Positions 28,772 through 41,170 of a DNA stretch of 64,000 nucleotides are shown in pieces. The stretch spans positions 372,001 through 436,000 of the forward strand of contig NC_089430.1 of assembly GCF_026210795.1 (NCBI RefSeq). Direction: 5' to 3'. The stretch is from Rhizophagus irregularis. Taxonomy: Eukaryota. The translations under genes and the position numbers were made by a program. The notes under the pieces were generated by a model that saw only the letters and a list, made by a program, of their open reading frames with translations, searched no databases and was not told the DNA's origin. How positions within the stretch are numbered: the first letter of the stretch is position 1; every line of letters begins with the position of its first letter.

Positions 28772-30295
28772 CCCTATAAGAAATATGTACACGGAAAGGA
28801 TACGTTTTGTATACATTTTATGTACGTTTCTATAGATTACGTATACAAATTCCGTATATTTAATAAGCAATTCATTTTTGAACATTTTTTAAAAAAACTA
28901 ATGTATACGGAAAAAATTAATCATGCGGAATGTATACGGAATTTTTAAACGAAGATAATTTTACAAAAATCCCGTATCGTTACACGAGATCACGTGATTG
29001 TTTATTGATTTTTTATGATACGTTTTTTGTTTTTTATATAAACCTTTACTTTGATGAGTTTGATCTTCCGATCTTCCTTTCTGTCTTTCCTTTCCTTTCT
29101 CTTATCTCTTGTCTTATTTTTGTTATTTTTTCTAAAATTTTCTTCTTTCTTCATCATCCCCCTTTTAAAAAAAAATTTTTTTTTCGTACCTCACTTTAAA
29201 AAGTTTTTTTTTCGTCACTCTCCCTTAAAAAAAAAATTTTTGATTTTATTCTTTTATTCCCACTCTTCTTTTTTTTTTAAAAAATTATTTCTATTTCCTC
29301 TTTATAAAAAATTTTTTATTATTCTAACTTTGACATCCTCCCTTTAAAAAAAAATTTTTTTTAACTTTCCTAACTTCGTTACCCCTCTTTTTAAAAAAAT
29401 ATTTTTTTTTGATTTATTCTTTATTCCCTTTTCTTTTTTTATTTATATTTATCCCTTTTTTTATTTCATAGGCCAGCAGATTTTTTTTTGTGAGAAGATT
29501 CAGTTTTCTTTTTTCTTTTTTGTAGATCAGTTTGGGAGTCCTTTCCTTTTTGTAGGATGGTTCAGGATTTTTTCTTTTTTTAGGTCAGTTCAAATTTTCT
29601 TTTTTTTTTGTAAGTTGGGTTCAGATTCTTTTCTTTTATAGGTTATTACAGTTTTGTTGCTTTGGAGTCTTCTTTTTTTATAGGTCAGTTTTGGATTTAT
29701 TTTGTTGTTTTGGTTTCTTTTTCATCAGACACTTCATAATTCTTTTCTTTTATGTAGGTCAGACATTCTGGAGTTCTCTTTCTTTTTTTGTAGGAATGCT
29801 AACCTTTGGTGACTTGGATGATTGCAGATACTATATGAGGGGGGGGTTTTGTTTCCAATTAAGTTAGACGTTCTTATGTTTCTTTTTTTTTTGTTTTTTT
29901 AGGTTATTTGATTCCAAATGAACCTGAACTTATAGATAATTTTGGTTGCAATAGGTGGTTTTAATAAGGAGGGAATTTTCATAATATATTTGTATTTTGT
30001 TTATTTTTTATTTTTTATTTAATTTAATAAAGTAAAATTAGATTTATGAAAATACAATTATAGTAAACTGTAATACAAATAGTAAATTCAGTGACCAAAT
30101 CGTATAAATTTCGTGATAAAATCAGTGATCAAATCATGTAAATTCCATATGAATCCCGTGCAAATTCCGTATCCAAACCATATTTTTAGTGATACGGAAT
30201 TGTGCATTTTTCCGTATCCTATTATGATACGTTATTTCTAAGGAAAAAAATCGTATGAAAACTTTATAAAAAACGTATCCAATTTTTTTATAGGG
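28772..30295. mobile_element. Non-autonomous CACTA/CMC-like DNA transposon with CCCTA termini
   Basis: Termini CCCTATAAGAAA.. / ..TTTTTTATAGGG, 3-bp TSD AAC (28769-28771 and 30296-30298), and repeated subterminal TACGGAA/TTCCGTA motifs at both ends. Confidence 0.7.
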
Positions 30296-32266
30296 AACTA
30301 TCAACGTAAAAATCAATACAGAATTCTGAATTTTCAAGGTTTGCAACTAGGGATGGAAATATCATGGAATCGGTTAAAAATGAGTCGACTCGAGTCGATT
30401 CTGGAACTGAACTTAAATTTAAAAGATTCTGGATCTCTTGGGCTTAAAACTACTTTTAACCATAAAAACCGTTCTGAGAACCGAGTCATCAGACGATCAC
30501 ACACCATCATTTGAAGGCCAATCAAATTTTTCTTATTGGTCATCATCACATATACGTTGACTTAAATATATTGAAGTTCTGTATATTGAAGTTTTGTATA
30601 TTTCATCTATAAACAAATACAAGCACAAGTATAATATACTGTATATATTACAATTTCAGAATTTACAACTTTATGAACATATACAGACTGTACTATGTAT
30701 GTATATATATCATTATAAAAGGAACGTTTATTAAATTTTCTGTTAAAAAAAAAATAATGAAATCCAGTTAATGAACTAGCTATCGCTATACTGTTTAATC
30801 TAACTCACTCAGAATTAGAATTTTACTTACAAAAAAACTACTCTTTATCTAACCATTTAGTTTCAGAAATTAACCTTTTTGACTAATCTAAAAATATAAT
30901 TTTTTGAACATAATAAATACCTGGTAAACAGTATTTAGTGAAAAAAGAGTTAACTTATTAGTTGCACCAAAGTTTCATGAAATTTCTGTTAAAAAAAATA
31001 AAATAAATAAAAACTCGTATTATTGCAAAATTTATTTCTATACGTGTTAAAATTTTTTTTTTTTAAAAAAAAAGATAACTATTAACTAATTACTCGGGTT
31101 CTGACTCCGAGTCAAAAAAATTCTTAACTCATTTTACTTCATCCATGTATTACATACGTAGTAACTGAAACTGTGTAAATAAGAAAAAAAAATATTTTTA
31201 GCCATATTACTGATTACACAGCAATTTAATGTGTTTTCATTGATACCACGTCGTAACGATCAATTTCTTACAATCAAAATTATAAAAGTATTATCTAAAT
31301 TCTTAATAATTTTTTTGCCAATTTGTATAAAGTTTTTATAATAAAATTCTGGTGTTATATCCTTATGAGAAATCTATTATGTAAATTTTTTAAAGATTCA
31401 CAATAAATTACAATCATAGAATCATTTATATTGAAGAACAAGTTTTCATAATGCAAGTTGCTCTTTAACTTATTTATAAGCGATATGATTATTTCATATT
31501 TCTCTAAAAAATTAATAGATTTATAAGGTAAGTTCTATTGCATAAATAATGAAAAAAAATTTTTTTGCGTTTTTTTAACAAAAAGTAATTTTATAAGATC
31601 GAAGATGCCATTGTTAAATTATGGGTTTATATTTTTTTTTTTTAGATAATCGTCTAATGAATTATTTATTAGCGTTAGATAATGTATGGAAATTATTAGA
31701 AATTAAACAAACTTTTTGGAAAATTATGCTAGGTAATTAACGTTAATTAAGAAATTTTATAGATTTTCATTTGTTTTATTTGAATCTTTTTAACTTAATA
31801 ATATTATAATATAATTTATTTAACGTTATATTTTAAAACTTTATATTTTTTTTCCAATATTTATTATGAAAAATTACAAATAAAAGTTTGATTACATTAA
31901 ATTTTGATTCTTTATTTGACTTGTTTACGCGGATTGTGCATAATTTTTATAAAATTTCAAATTTTACGTTCATGTATCTTTTTCTCTTCAACTGTAATCA
32001 TAACTGCAAGTTCTTGATTTATCATTCTATTAATAAATGTCATCAAACTAGAACTAATTTTTTTTACATTGTATTTTAAGAATATAATCAATAAATTTAG
32101 TATTTACTAGCTGTAGCCTGTTGCGTTGCAACAGGATTAATTTATTTCATTAACGTTAAGTATTTGTAAATATTTTTTTTAGTGCTTTACCGTGTGTCTA
32201 CATTATGGTATTTGATTTGAATTATCTCGTTAACCAGAACGTGTACCAATTTATCAGAGTTGATAG

Positions 32267-32494
32267 CCAGAAATATATATATAAGGGTCAGGTTTGAGTT
32301 TGCGTATTTTGAACTAAAAAAAAAATCATGAAAATCTTTCCTTTTTTAAATAATTTTTGATAATGCCAGTCAGACTTTTATTCCTATTATAGTAACCGGC
32401 TGATATTATCATAATTCCGGCCCTGAAAAAATGCGTACAGCTCAAAAAAAATTTTTTCATCACCTGACCCTATATATATATATTTCTGGGTTCT
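32267..32494. mobile_element. MITE of the AGGACCCCGAAATATA family, nested in the Helitron; left TIR clipped
   Basis: Inverted CCAGAAATATATATATAAGGGTCAGGT / ACCTGACCCTATATATATATATTTCTGG; flanking direct repeat GTTGATAG; homologous to 56842-57054. Confidence 0.65.
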
Positions 32495-32949
32495 GTTGAT
32501 AGTTTGATCGAAGGACATTAAATTCTGTTATATCAGTCATTATACTATTAATATTTTAAAGAAACTTGTTGTTGACTCGCAATTGAGAATTAATAAAGTC
32601 CGATGTGTGGTTTGCGTCATTGATCTGGTTGTTGAAAATATCAATAAAGATGATCAATATCGAGATCATGCATGTTTTACATGTTTTATCTCAGTAAATA
32701 CAATAATAGTTTAATAGTTTAATTGAAACTCAATAATTAATTTATCTATCATTCTATCCATCCATCTTTTTCTTCATAATGACTCATCCAAAGCTTGCCA
32801 TAAAGAAGTAGATTGCAATCACAATACTGGTTATTATTTTTTTTTTTGTATTTGCTTTAAAAAGATATAAATATACCTCAAAAGCTCTCTCAAACTTCAA
32901 ACTTCTTTTTAAAAATATACTTACTTATTTACTTCTTTTCAATATTTAT

Positions 32950-33550
32950 AACACTTCTCTCAAAACTTTTGAAATTTTCGCTAAAAAAAAAGTATCATGG
33001 TATAAAGTATTTTTATTTATTCTATTTACTTGTTTTTAATATTTACGATCACCTCTCTCAAAACTTTTGAAATTTTCGCTAAAAAAAAGTATCATGGTAT
33101 AAAGTATTTTTTATTTATTCTATTTACTTGTTTTTAATATTTACGATCACCTCTCTCAATACTTTTGATATTTTCGCTAAAAAAAAAAAGTATCATGATA
33201 TAAAGTGTCTTTTAGTTTATTATATTTACTTCCTTTTAATATTTACGATCACCTCTCCTAAAATTTTGATATTTTTGCTAAAAAACAAAATTATCATGAT
33301 ATAAAGTGTCTTTTAGTTTATTCTTATTTACTTCTTTTTAATATTTACGATCGGGAAGGGAAAGAGCAAGGAAATACACAAACATACACCACCTACGCAC
33401 AAACCCACACACAAACCTACCGACACACAACAACCCACATACCTAAAGGAAGACGTAAAGAAAAGGGTTTAAGACCTTTACTAAAATTTTTGATATTTTC
33501 GCTAAAAAAAATAAGTATCATGGTATAAAGTGTTTTCTAGTTTATTTTTT
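32950..33550. repeat. About 100-bp tandem repeat (about 5 copies) inside the Helitron, interrupted by a CA-rich insert at ~33353-33480
   Basis: Unit CACCTCTCTCAAAACTTTTGAAATTTTCGCTAAAAAAAAGTATCATGGTATAAAGT..AATATTTACGAT. Confidence 0.85.
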
Positions 33551-35249
33551 ATATATTGATGATAATGTCGGTATATTCTGATAAATGAAATATAATTTTT
33601 TTTGGATATTTTCTGACAGTTTATTTAGACTTTACATTCAGCGTATAACGAATTTAAAAATTGGAAATAAATTTGAACGGATATTGATAATATTGAATTT
33701 CTTCGCTTTGGTGGTAAGTTGAAAACCAGCAACTTACTTTCTATGATAATTGTCGCCTTACTAGGGGTACCACAGATTATCCATAATATGTTGTATTTTT
33801 GTTGTATTTTATTTTTGTTATTTGTAGTTATTTGTATTTTTTTCTTTGCTTTTTTATTTAGTTTAGTATAGGTTATTTGTCATTATTTGTATTTTTTTTT
33901 GTCTTTATTTAGTTTAGTATAGTAATAATGGATAGTAACGGACTAGTGAGGGACATTAAGGAGAAACTGGCTTTCCTTGAGGAGGGTTAGCTTACTTTTC
34001 TCCTATCATAGGAATTATTAGTATGATTTTTAACCATACTAAGACCACTTTTTTTTGCAGCTTCTCTCATGTTTTCCTTGAATTTTCCTAGAAATGGTTC
34101 GGTATTTGACTAAAGTAAGTATACATTACATTCAGCATATAATGAACTGAGGAATTTCTTTTTTTCAAACTTCTTAAACTTAAAATTCTTTTTTCATGTT
34201 AGATATTATCATGTCATTATTGAATTTCATTATCTAAAGAAAAAAAATTAGATTTTACGAATATGTATATAATTTTATGGATCACTGTGAATTATATATG
34301 AAAGAAACTTATTATTTTGCATTTTATTATATAATTCCAGCCACGCAAACAAGGTTCTCATATTGGGCGCTTAATTTCGTAAAAAAATAAAATATTCACG
34401 AAATATAAATTATTTGATTTGCAGATAATCATTTTTTTATTGTCATATTCAATCAACATTGGAAAACTTTATGTAAGTATTGAACATAAATTTCTCCAAA
34501 ATTATTAATTTTAAAGGCAATATCAATTTGCGAAGTTTGCTATTTTTAACATATTTACTATTTTTATATTCACAAACTTGGGCACGAGCAACTTATTATG
34601 TATAAAATCAATTTTTAATTTGGTATACAGTACTTGCTTATACATTGTAGCACAGCGAAGAGGATTTATTTATATGAGATTATAAATGGCTTTAGTTATA
34701 CTTAAGTGCGAGATCAAAAGAAATTTAAACAAAACATCAAAAATTTCTTTGTAAGCAAGGATATTGCAAATAGATAATGTAAACTACTCCATTCACGTAT
34801 TAAAAAAATAAAGTTAAATTATCAAACATACAATATTTATTAATTACACTATACTGTATAACTGAAATTTGAATAATTTTATATTTTACATATCTTTTTT
34901 TTTTACAAAAGTATACAAGTATATAATTATTAACAATGATACATTAGTCTTGATTTAGAAACACTAAAATCATAGAATTTTAAAAAATTTTCATTTAACA
35001 ACAGAAACATTGAAATATTAGGAATTTGTTATAAAAGAATCACTTTCATCCCGCCATATACAGAATAAAGCTGTAAACATTCTGGAATTTCGCTATAAAA
35101 TTTATAAACAAAAGGGATAGGCCAAACCTTATCTAAGGAACCAGACGCCAAAAACGCCTAGAAGAAAAAAAGAACTGACTACGATAATGACCAAAAATAT
35201 AAAGTGAAATGAAGTAAAAAAAGATGTCAACAAAAATAAATAACAAATA

Positions 35250-35621
35250 TGATAGTGTGCTAGCATTAAATATATGTAATGGAATTAGACCTGAAATAAA
35301 TGAACAAGAAGCACCAAAATTTTATATCAATTTAATGACAAATTGCTGGGATTCAGATCCAGATAAGAGACCAAGTGCTATTGAAATAGAAAAATTGTTT
35401 AATGACTCTTTTGTTCTAATAAAGATGAAGAAATTAAGAAGCAGATTAAAAAAGCAGAAGAATATAGAAGAACAAATTTCTTATTTGCTGGAAATAGCCA
35501 ATCAATTCATCCACAAGCTTGTTATACTTCTCGATTACTCAATCAATTTATAAAAGAACTTCCAAAACATGATAATACTTGCAATATTTCAGCAGAAGTT
35601 ATTGATTTTACGGATATGTAA
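35250..35621 (+). pseudogene. 3' fragment of a TKL kinase, paralog of the last exon of the 48.3-55.1 kb gene
   Basis: DSVLALNICNGIRPEINEQEAPKFY..CWDSDPDKRPSAIEI matches 54700-54850; frameshift near 35410; 5' part of the gene absent. Confidence 0.85.
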
Positions 35622-36014
35622 TGTTACGCAATTCTTGCACACATGATTTCTGATGTTATATGATGATCCGATGGAAATTCAGTATGTTTTTTTTTTTTTT
35701 AAATAAAGGAAAAATTTATTATAAAAGAAAAATATACAAAATTGAACTAATCTAGTTTAAATACAAGATCGAATAAAAACTAATAAAAAACTTGGTGACT
35801 TAAGAATATGTGTTCAAAAGAACTATCTACCATCATGCCTGCCCAAATACTTTCACATGCATAAAATATCCTACCGGTATTCGTACATCCTTTGGTGACT
35901 AGCTCAAAGATATTTCTCTATAAAAAAAATAAAACTAAAACATAAAACAATTCTAAAACCTAAAAAAATCTAGTATATCCTAAATTAATTTACGTAAAAC
36001 ATCTAAAATTTCCG

Positions 36015-37492
36015 CTAAGACCTTAGATCATGATGTTTTATGGGACTTATCTTTCTTCTGCTTTTTATGCTTCTCAGATTTTGTTTCTTGTGGTTTCTTT
36101 TTAGAATTCTTAGAATTCTTTTGACTTTTATCAGTCTGTCAACTTCCTGAAGTTCTTTTCTGATCCTTGTTGGTATTATTGCCAAATGACCTTGTTCATT
36201 GCATTGGAGGATCATGTTGATTCCAAGACAGGTGCTGTTGCTCCCAATCATATTGATTATCTAATGCTGTATGCATATCAACCCACTTTTCAAAATAACC
36301 AATAAGCTTACAATCCCCTTTTGCTGTTTGTACAATTTTAAAGCTTTTCAAACCATTAATCACAGTAAGGAATGAATGTGGGTGATGGTCTTTCCATAAG
36401 GTTGCTATTGTCATTGAATCTGGAATTTTTTTGAATTGTAGCTTGAAACTTCTCACGTTGTTTTCTTTCTTTGAGTATTCACCTTGCTGGAAACTACTGA
36501 ACCGGTATCCCCTAAATCCATAGTCCAAACCGGACCATCATTACCTTCGAACTGGGCTAGACGAAAGGAAGTTAATTCTATCTTCAAATGAACTGTCTGG
36601 TATTTCTTTTGTTGTTTCATTTGTAACGAGATAGTCTTTCCCCACAGAGTTAACTGTTACAGAATTTCTTCTGGTGTCAAGGATACTGGAACATCATAAA
36701 CCAATATATCTCTAATCCGTGATGTACCATCATCATCTGGTTTATGACCTGTAATAACTTGTTGAATAATATTTTTATTTGACTTCTTTTTTTATTCGAA
36801 GATTTTGTCAAATTAGATGAATTGTCAACTGGTTGTTTTACAAGCTGCGGCTGAGGCATTACATCCAGTTCAGAAATAGGTTGTACTGTTGAGATTTCCA
36901 TATCAATATGTTGATCAACATGTGATTGTGATCCAGAGGCATCTGCAATCGACTGATTTATAATTACATCTTGATCAACACCTAATTGATCATCATCATC
37001 ATCAGTATTTCTCATTATTCTACTAGTACTTACATCTGTAAGCACATCAGAATCGGAATCTTCAGATTGGTGTTTTTTCTTCTTATTTTTTTTAGTCTTC
37101 TTGCCCTTTTTAGACTTTTCCTCATGCTTTCTCACTAAATGTAACATTTGCTTTCTTCCTTCACTGTGCTCTTTTATTCCAGAGTATACTGTGTTAAAAC
37201 TCTGAGAAGCAGAGTACATAGCAACATGTAAAAAAAAAGAAAAACTTTGAGGTGTCATTTTATAGCGAGTGGCTCTATTCTCCCAACTGAGTATTTCTTC
37301 ATTTGATAGACCAAAATTTGCTTTTAAAATATTATTTTGAACTTCTACTTGAGGTCCAGAAAAAAATGAAGTAAAAAGACTTTCACAATATTGAAAATAA
37401 TGTGTATATGTAAAATGTAAAAATCTATGTTCTTTGCCAGTTCCATAAGTAAACCTATTTTTGGCTATTTGTATATTTCTACTATCTTCCAT
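36015..37492 (-). pseudogene. Frameshifted LINE ORF1-like (RRM-type) protein
   Basis: Starts MEDSRNIQIAKNRF..EHRFLHF; Lys-rich tract; other frames give IRDILVYDVP..LTLWGKTISL and KSFKIVQTAKG..KLIGYFEKW. Stops and frameshifts present; no RT ORF downstream. Confidence 0.6.
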
Positions 37493-37503
37493 ATTAATAA
37501 AAA

Positions 37504-37538
37504 CTAGAAATTGCGTTTTGCGGGGGACTTCGTCCCCC
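37504..37538 (-). mobile_element. Helitron/Helentron-type 3' terminus (element extends rightwards, 5' end uncertain)
   Basis: Perfect hairpin GGGGGAC-3nt-GTCCCCC (37522-37538), then CTAG|TTTT on the minus strand (37504-37507). Confidence 0.6.
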
Positions 37539-37899
37539 ATTGTTTAATTTTGTGTATTGAAATGTCAATATCAAATCAAGTTGCATTTTACTGGCGTTTA
37601 TAAAATGCTCTAACAGAAAAAATTTAATTTTTTTTTTTTTTGATTCAAATTATTTAATGATAAGTGACAACTAACATTATCATATTTATTAAAAGCATTT
37701 ATTAAAAGTATTTACAAAAAAAAAATAATAATTTACTGTATGCTAATAATTAAAATTCCACCTTTACTAAAAATTTACATGTTGTTAATGGTTTGGATAT
37801 TGGTTCCAGTTGGTTCGATTCCAACAGACAACAAATAAAGATAAGAAATTCCATAGAAGCTAAAGTCCTATAAAAATCGTGCATTATTTATAAAAGATC

Positions 37900-40800
37900 T
37901 ACTATTGGGATTCAGGTGCCGATTTCCCTACAAAAAGAAAAAGTAACATTAAAAATAATAAAAATAAAGTTTTTTTTAAAGTTTTGAATCAAAACTTACT
38001 TATGGTATCCAAATCGGAGTCAATTTCCTTAAAAAGAAAATTCTGGAGCATTCTTTGAATCTCACAGATCCAAAGATATCACAGCTGAAACTTACAAAAT
38101 AAAGAAAGAGTCAAATTAAAAAACAATTTTTATTAAGAAGTTTTGAAGTATTTGCTTCAAAACTTACCATTTCAATGCCCAAAGATATCACAGCCGATAC
38201 CTACAAAATAAAAAAATAAATAAAATTATAAATTTTTCTGAAAGTTTGAAAAAAACGAAACTTTGAAACTTACTGACCCAATGTTTAAGGAGATATTGCA
38301 GTCAAAACCTACAGAATAAAAGAAAATTTTAAAAAATAATTTTTATTAAAAAAGTTTTGAAAAGAAAATGAAACTTACCGATCCAAAGCCCAATGAGATG
38401 TCGCAGCCATTACCTATAAAATAAAATAAAATAAAATAAAATAAAAAATCTTTTTTAAAGTTTTAAAAAGAAAGCAAAACTTCAATACTCACCTATCCAA
38501 AGCCCAAGGATATTACAACTGATAACTACAAAATAAAAAAACAAATAAATAAAATTAAAAAAAATTTTTAAAGTTTTGAAAAGAAAACAAAACTTTGAAA
38601 TTTACCTTTAAATCAAACGCATAAGAACTGAAAGCCGAAATCTACAAAAATAGAAGAAAAAAAAATTAAAATAAATTAATTTATCTTAAAAAAGTTTCAG
38701 CTCTTTTGCTCTGAAACTCACCTATATATCAAACACCCAGAAACAAAAAGCCGAAACCTACAAAATAGAAGAAAAAAAAAATTAAATAAATAATTTATTT
38801 TAAAAAAAGTTTTGGTTCTTTCACTCCAAAACTCACCTATATATCAAACGTCCAAGAACTGAAAGCTGAAACCTACAAAATAAAAAAAAAACAAGTAAAT
38901 TAAAAAAAATATTTTTTTAAAAAAGTTTCAAAGTTTTCACTTCAAAACTCACCAATATCAAATACCCAAGAACTGAAAGCCGAAATCTACAAAATAGAAG
39001 AAAAAAAAATCAAAATCAATTTATTTTAATAAAAATTTCAGCTCTTTCACTCCGATACTCACCTATATATCTAAACCAAAAGCTGAAATCTACAAAATAA
39101 AAAAAAGTAAGTAAATTAAAAAACTTTTTTAAAAAAACTTTTGAAGTTTTTGCTTTGAAACTCACTGAAAGCCGAAATCTACAAAATAGAAGAAAAAAAA
39201 ATTAAAATAATTTATTTTAAAAAAAGTTTCAGCTCGTTCGCTTTGAAACTTACTTATATAATAAACTTCCAAGAACCGAAAGCCGAAACCTACAAAATAG
39301 AAGAAAAAAAAAATTAAAATTAATTTATTTTAATAAAAATTTTGGCTCTTTCGCTCCAAAACTCACCTATATATCAAACATCCAAGAACTGAAAGCTGAA
39401 ATCTACAAAATAGAAGAAAAAAAAAATTAAAATAAATTAATTTATTTTAAAAAAAGTTTTGGCTTTTTCGCTTCGAAACTCACCAATAATAAACGTCCAA
39501 GAACCAAAAGTCGAAACCTACAAAATAAAAAAAATAAGTAGATTAAAAAATTTTTTTTTTAAAAAATTTCAAAGGTTTCACTTTGAAACTCACCTATATC
39601 AAACACCCAAAAACTGATAGCTGAAATCTACAAAATAGAAGAAAAAAAATCAAAATAAATAATTTATTTTAAAAAAAGTTTTGGCTCTTTCGTTCTGAAA
39701 CTCACCTATATATTTAACACCAGGAACCAAAAGCTGAAATCTACAAAATAGAAGAAAAAAAAAATTAAAAATTAATTTATTTTAATAAAAATTTTGGCTC
39801 TTTCGCTCCAAAACTCACCTATATATCAAACATCCAAGAACCGAAAGCTGAAATCTACAAAATAGAAGAAAAAAAAATTAAAATAAATTAATTTATTTTA
39901 AAAAAAGTTTTGGCTTTTTCACTTCGAAACTCACTAATAACAAACGTCCAAGAACCAAAAGTCGAAACCTACAAAATAAAAAAAAATAAGTAAATTAAAA
40001 AATTTTTTTTTAAAAAAATTTCAAAGGTTTCGCTTCAAAACTCACCAATATCAAACGCCCAAAAACTGATAGCCAAAATCTACAAAATAGAAGAAAAAAA
40101 AATCAAAATAAATAATTTATTTTTAAAAAGTTTTGAAGGTTTCGCTTCAAAACTCACCCCAAGAACTGATAGCCGAAATCTACAAAATAGAAGAAAAAAA
40201 AAATTAAAATAAATAATTTATTTTAAAATAGTTTTGGCTCTTTCACTCCGAAACTCACCTATATATTCAACACCAGGAACTGAAAGCCGAACCTACAAAA
40301 TAGAAGAAAAAAAAAATCAAAATAAATAATTTATTTTAAAAAAGTTTTGGTTCTTTTGCTTCGAAACTCACCTATATATTCAACACCTAAGAACCAAAAG
40401 CCAAAAATAGAAGAAAAAAATTTGATTTTTTTTTTAAAAAAAAGCTTTGATTCTTTCACTCTGAAACTCATCTATATACTTAACACCCAAGAACCAAAAG
40501 CCAAGATCTACAAAATAGAGAAAATAGAGGGAAAAAAAAATTAAAAAAAAATTTTTTTTTTTAAAAAAAGGTTCAATTCTTTCGTTCTAAAACTCACCTA
40601 TATACTCAAAGTTCAAAAACTAAAAGCTGAACCTACAAAATAAATAAAAAATATAAGTAAATTAAAAAAAATTTTTTTAAGTTCCGAAGTCAAAACTTAC
40701 CCATCTAACGTCCAAGAACTAGAAGCCGAAACCTACAAAGTAAAAGAAAAAAAAATTAAATAATTTTTTAAAAAAATTTCATAGTTATCATCTATATATT

Positions 40801-41170
40801 CAATGCTTAGGAACCGGAAGCCAAAACAATTAAAAATAATTTTTTTTTGAAGCTTTCACCTCAAAACTCACCCATATATCCAACGCGGAGCCAAAATCTA
40901 CAAAATAGAAGAAAAAAAAATTTAAAAAAAAATATTTTTTTTTAAAAGTTTCAAATCGAAACTTACCTATTGGAGATCTGGTATCCAAATCGGAACCAAT
41001 TTCTCTACAAAAATAAAGAAAAACATCATTTTTTTTTAAAAGTTTCAAATTTTGAAACTTATTGAGATTCCAATATCCAGTTGATTTCTTTACAAAAAAA
41101 GAAAAAAACGTTAATGTTTTTATTTTTAAAAAGTTTATATAATTTTTATTAGAGTCAAATACCCTACAAA
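37900..41170 (-). repeat. Tandem array of about 30 units of ~115 bp, each shaped as a micro-exon plus GT-AG intron
   Basis: On the minus strand each unit has a GTGAGT/GTAAGT donor, a ~80-nt T-rich intron ending TTTTGTAG, and a mostly 34-36-nt exon (e.g. 38722-38757, 38837-38872, 38953-38986). Confidence 0.85.

Larger units (their letters stand above)
32107..34203 (-). mobile_element. Non-autonomous Helitron
   Basis: 3' hairpin CCTGTTGC-3nt-GCAACAGG (32117-32135) plus CTAG|T at 32107-32110. Candidate 5' end A|TCTAACATGAAAAAAG at 34203 (less certain). Confidence 0.6.

Noticed and set aside
28930..29347. Phe/Leu/Lys-rich ORFs
   Set aside because: Low-complexity translations of T-rich TE interior.
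30348..31147. hAT-like element starting TAGGGATGG with GACTC/GAGTC repeats
   Set aside because: Right TIR is poor and there is no TSD, so boundaries are unsupported.
36677..37540. 287-aa ORF starting MGDEVPRK as a real gene
   Set aside because: The start lies inside the Helitron-type hairpin; the ORF1-like sequence begins at 37492 and is frameshifted.
37900..41170. CRISPR-like repeat/spacer appearance
   Set aside because: Eukaryotic context, no cas genes, and the 'spacers' are homologous to each other; it is a tandem repeat.
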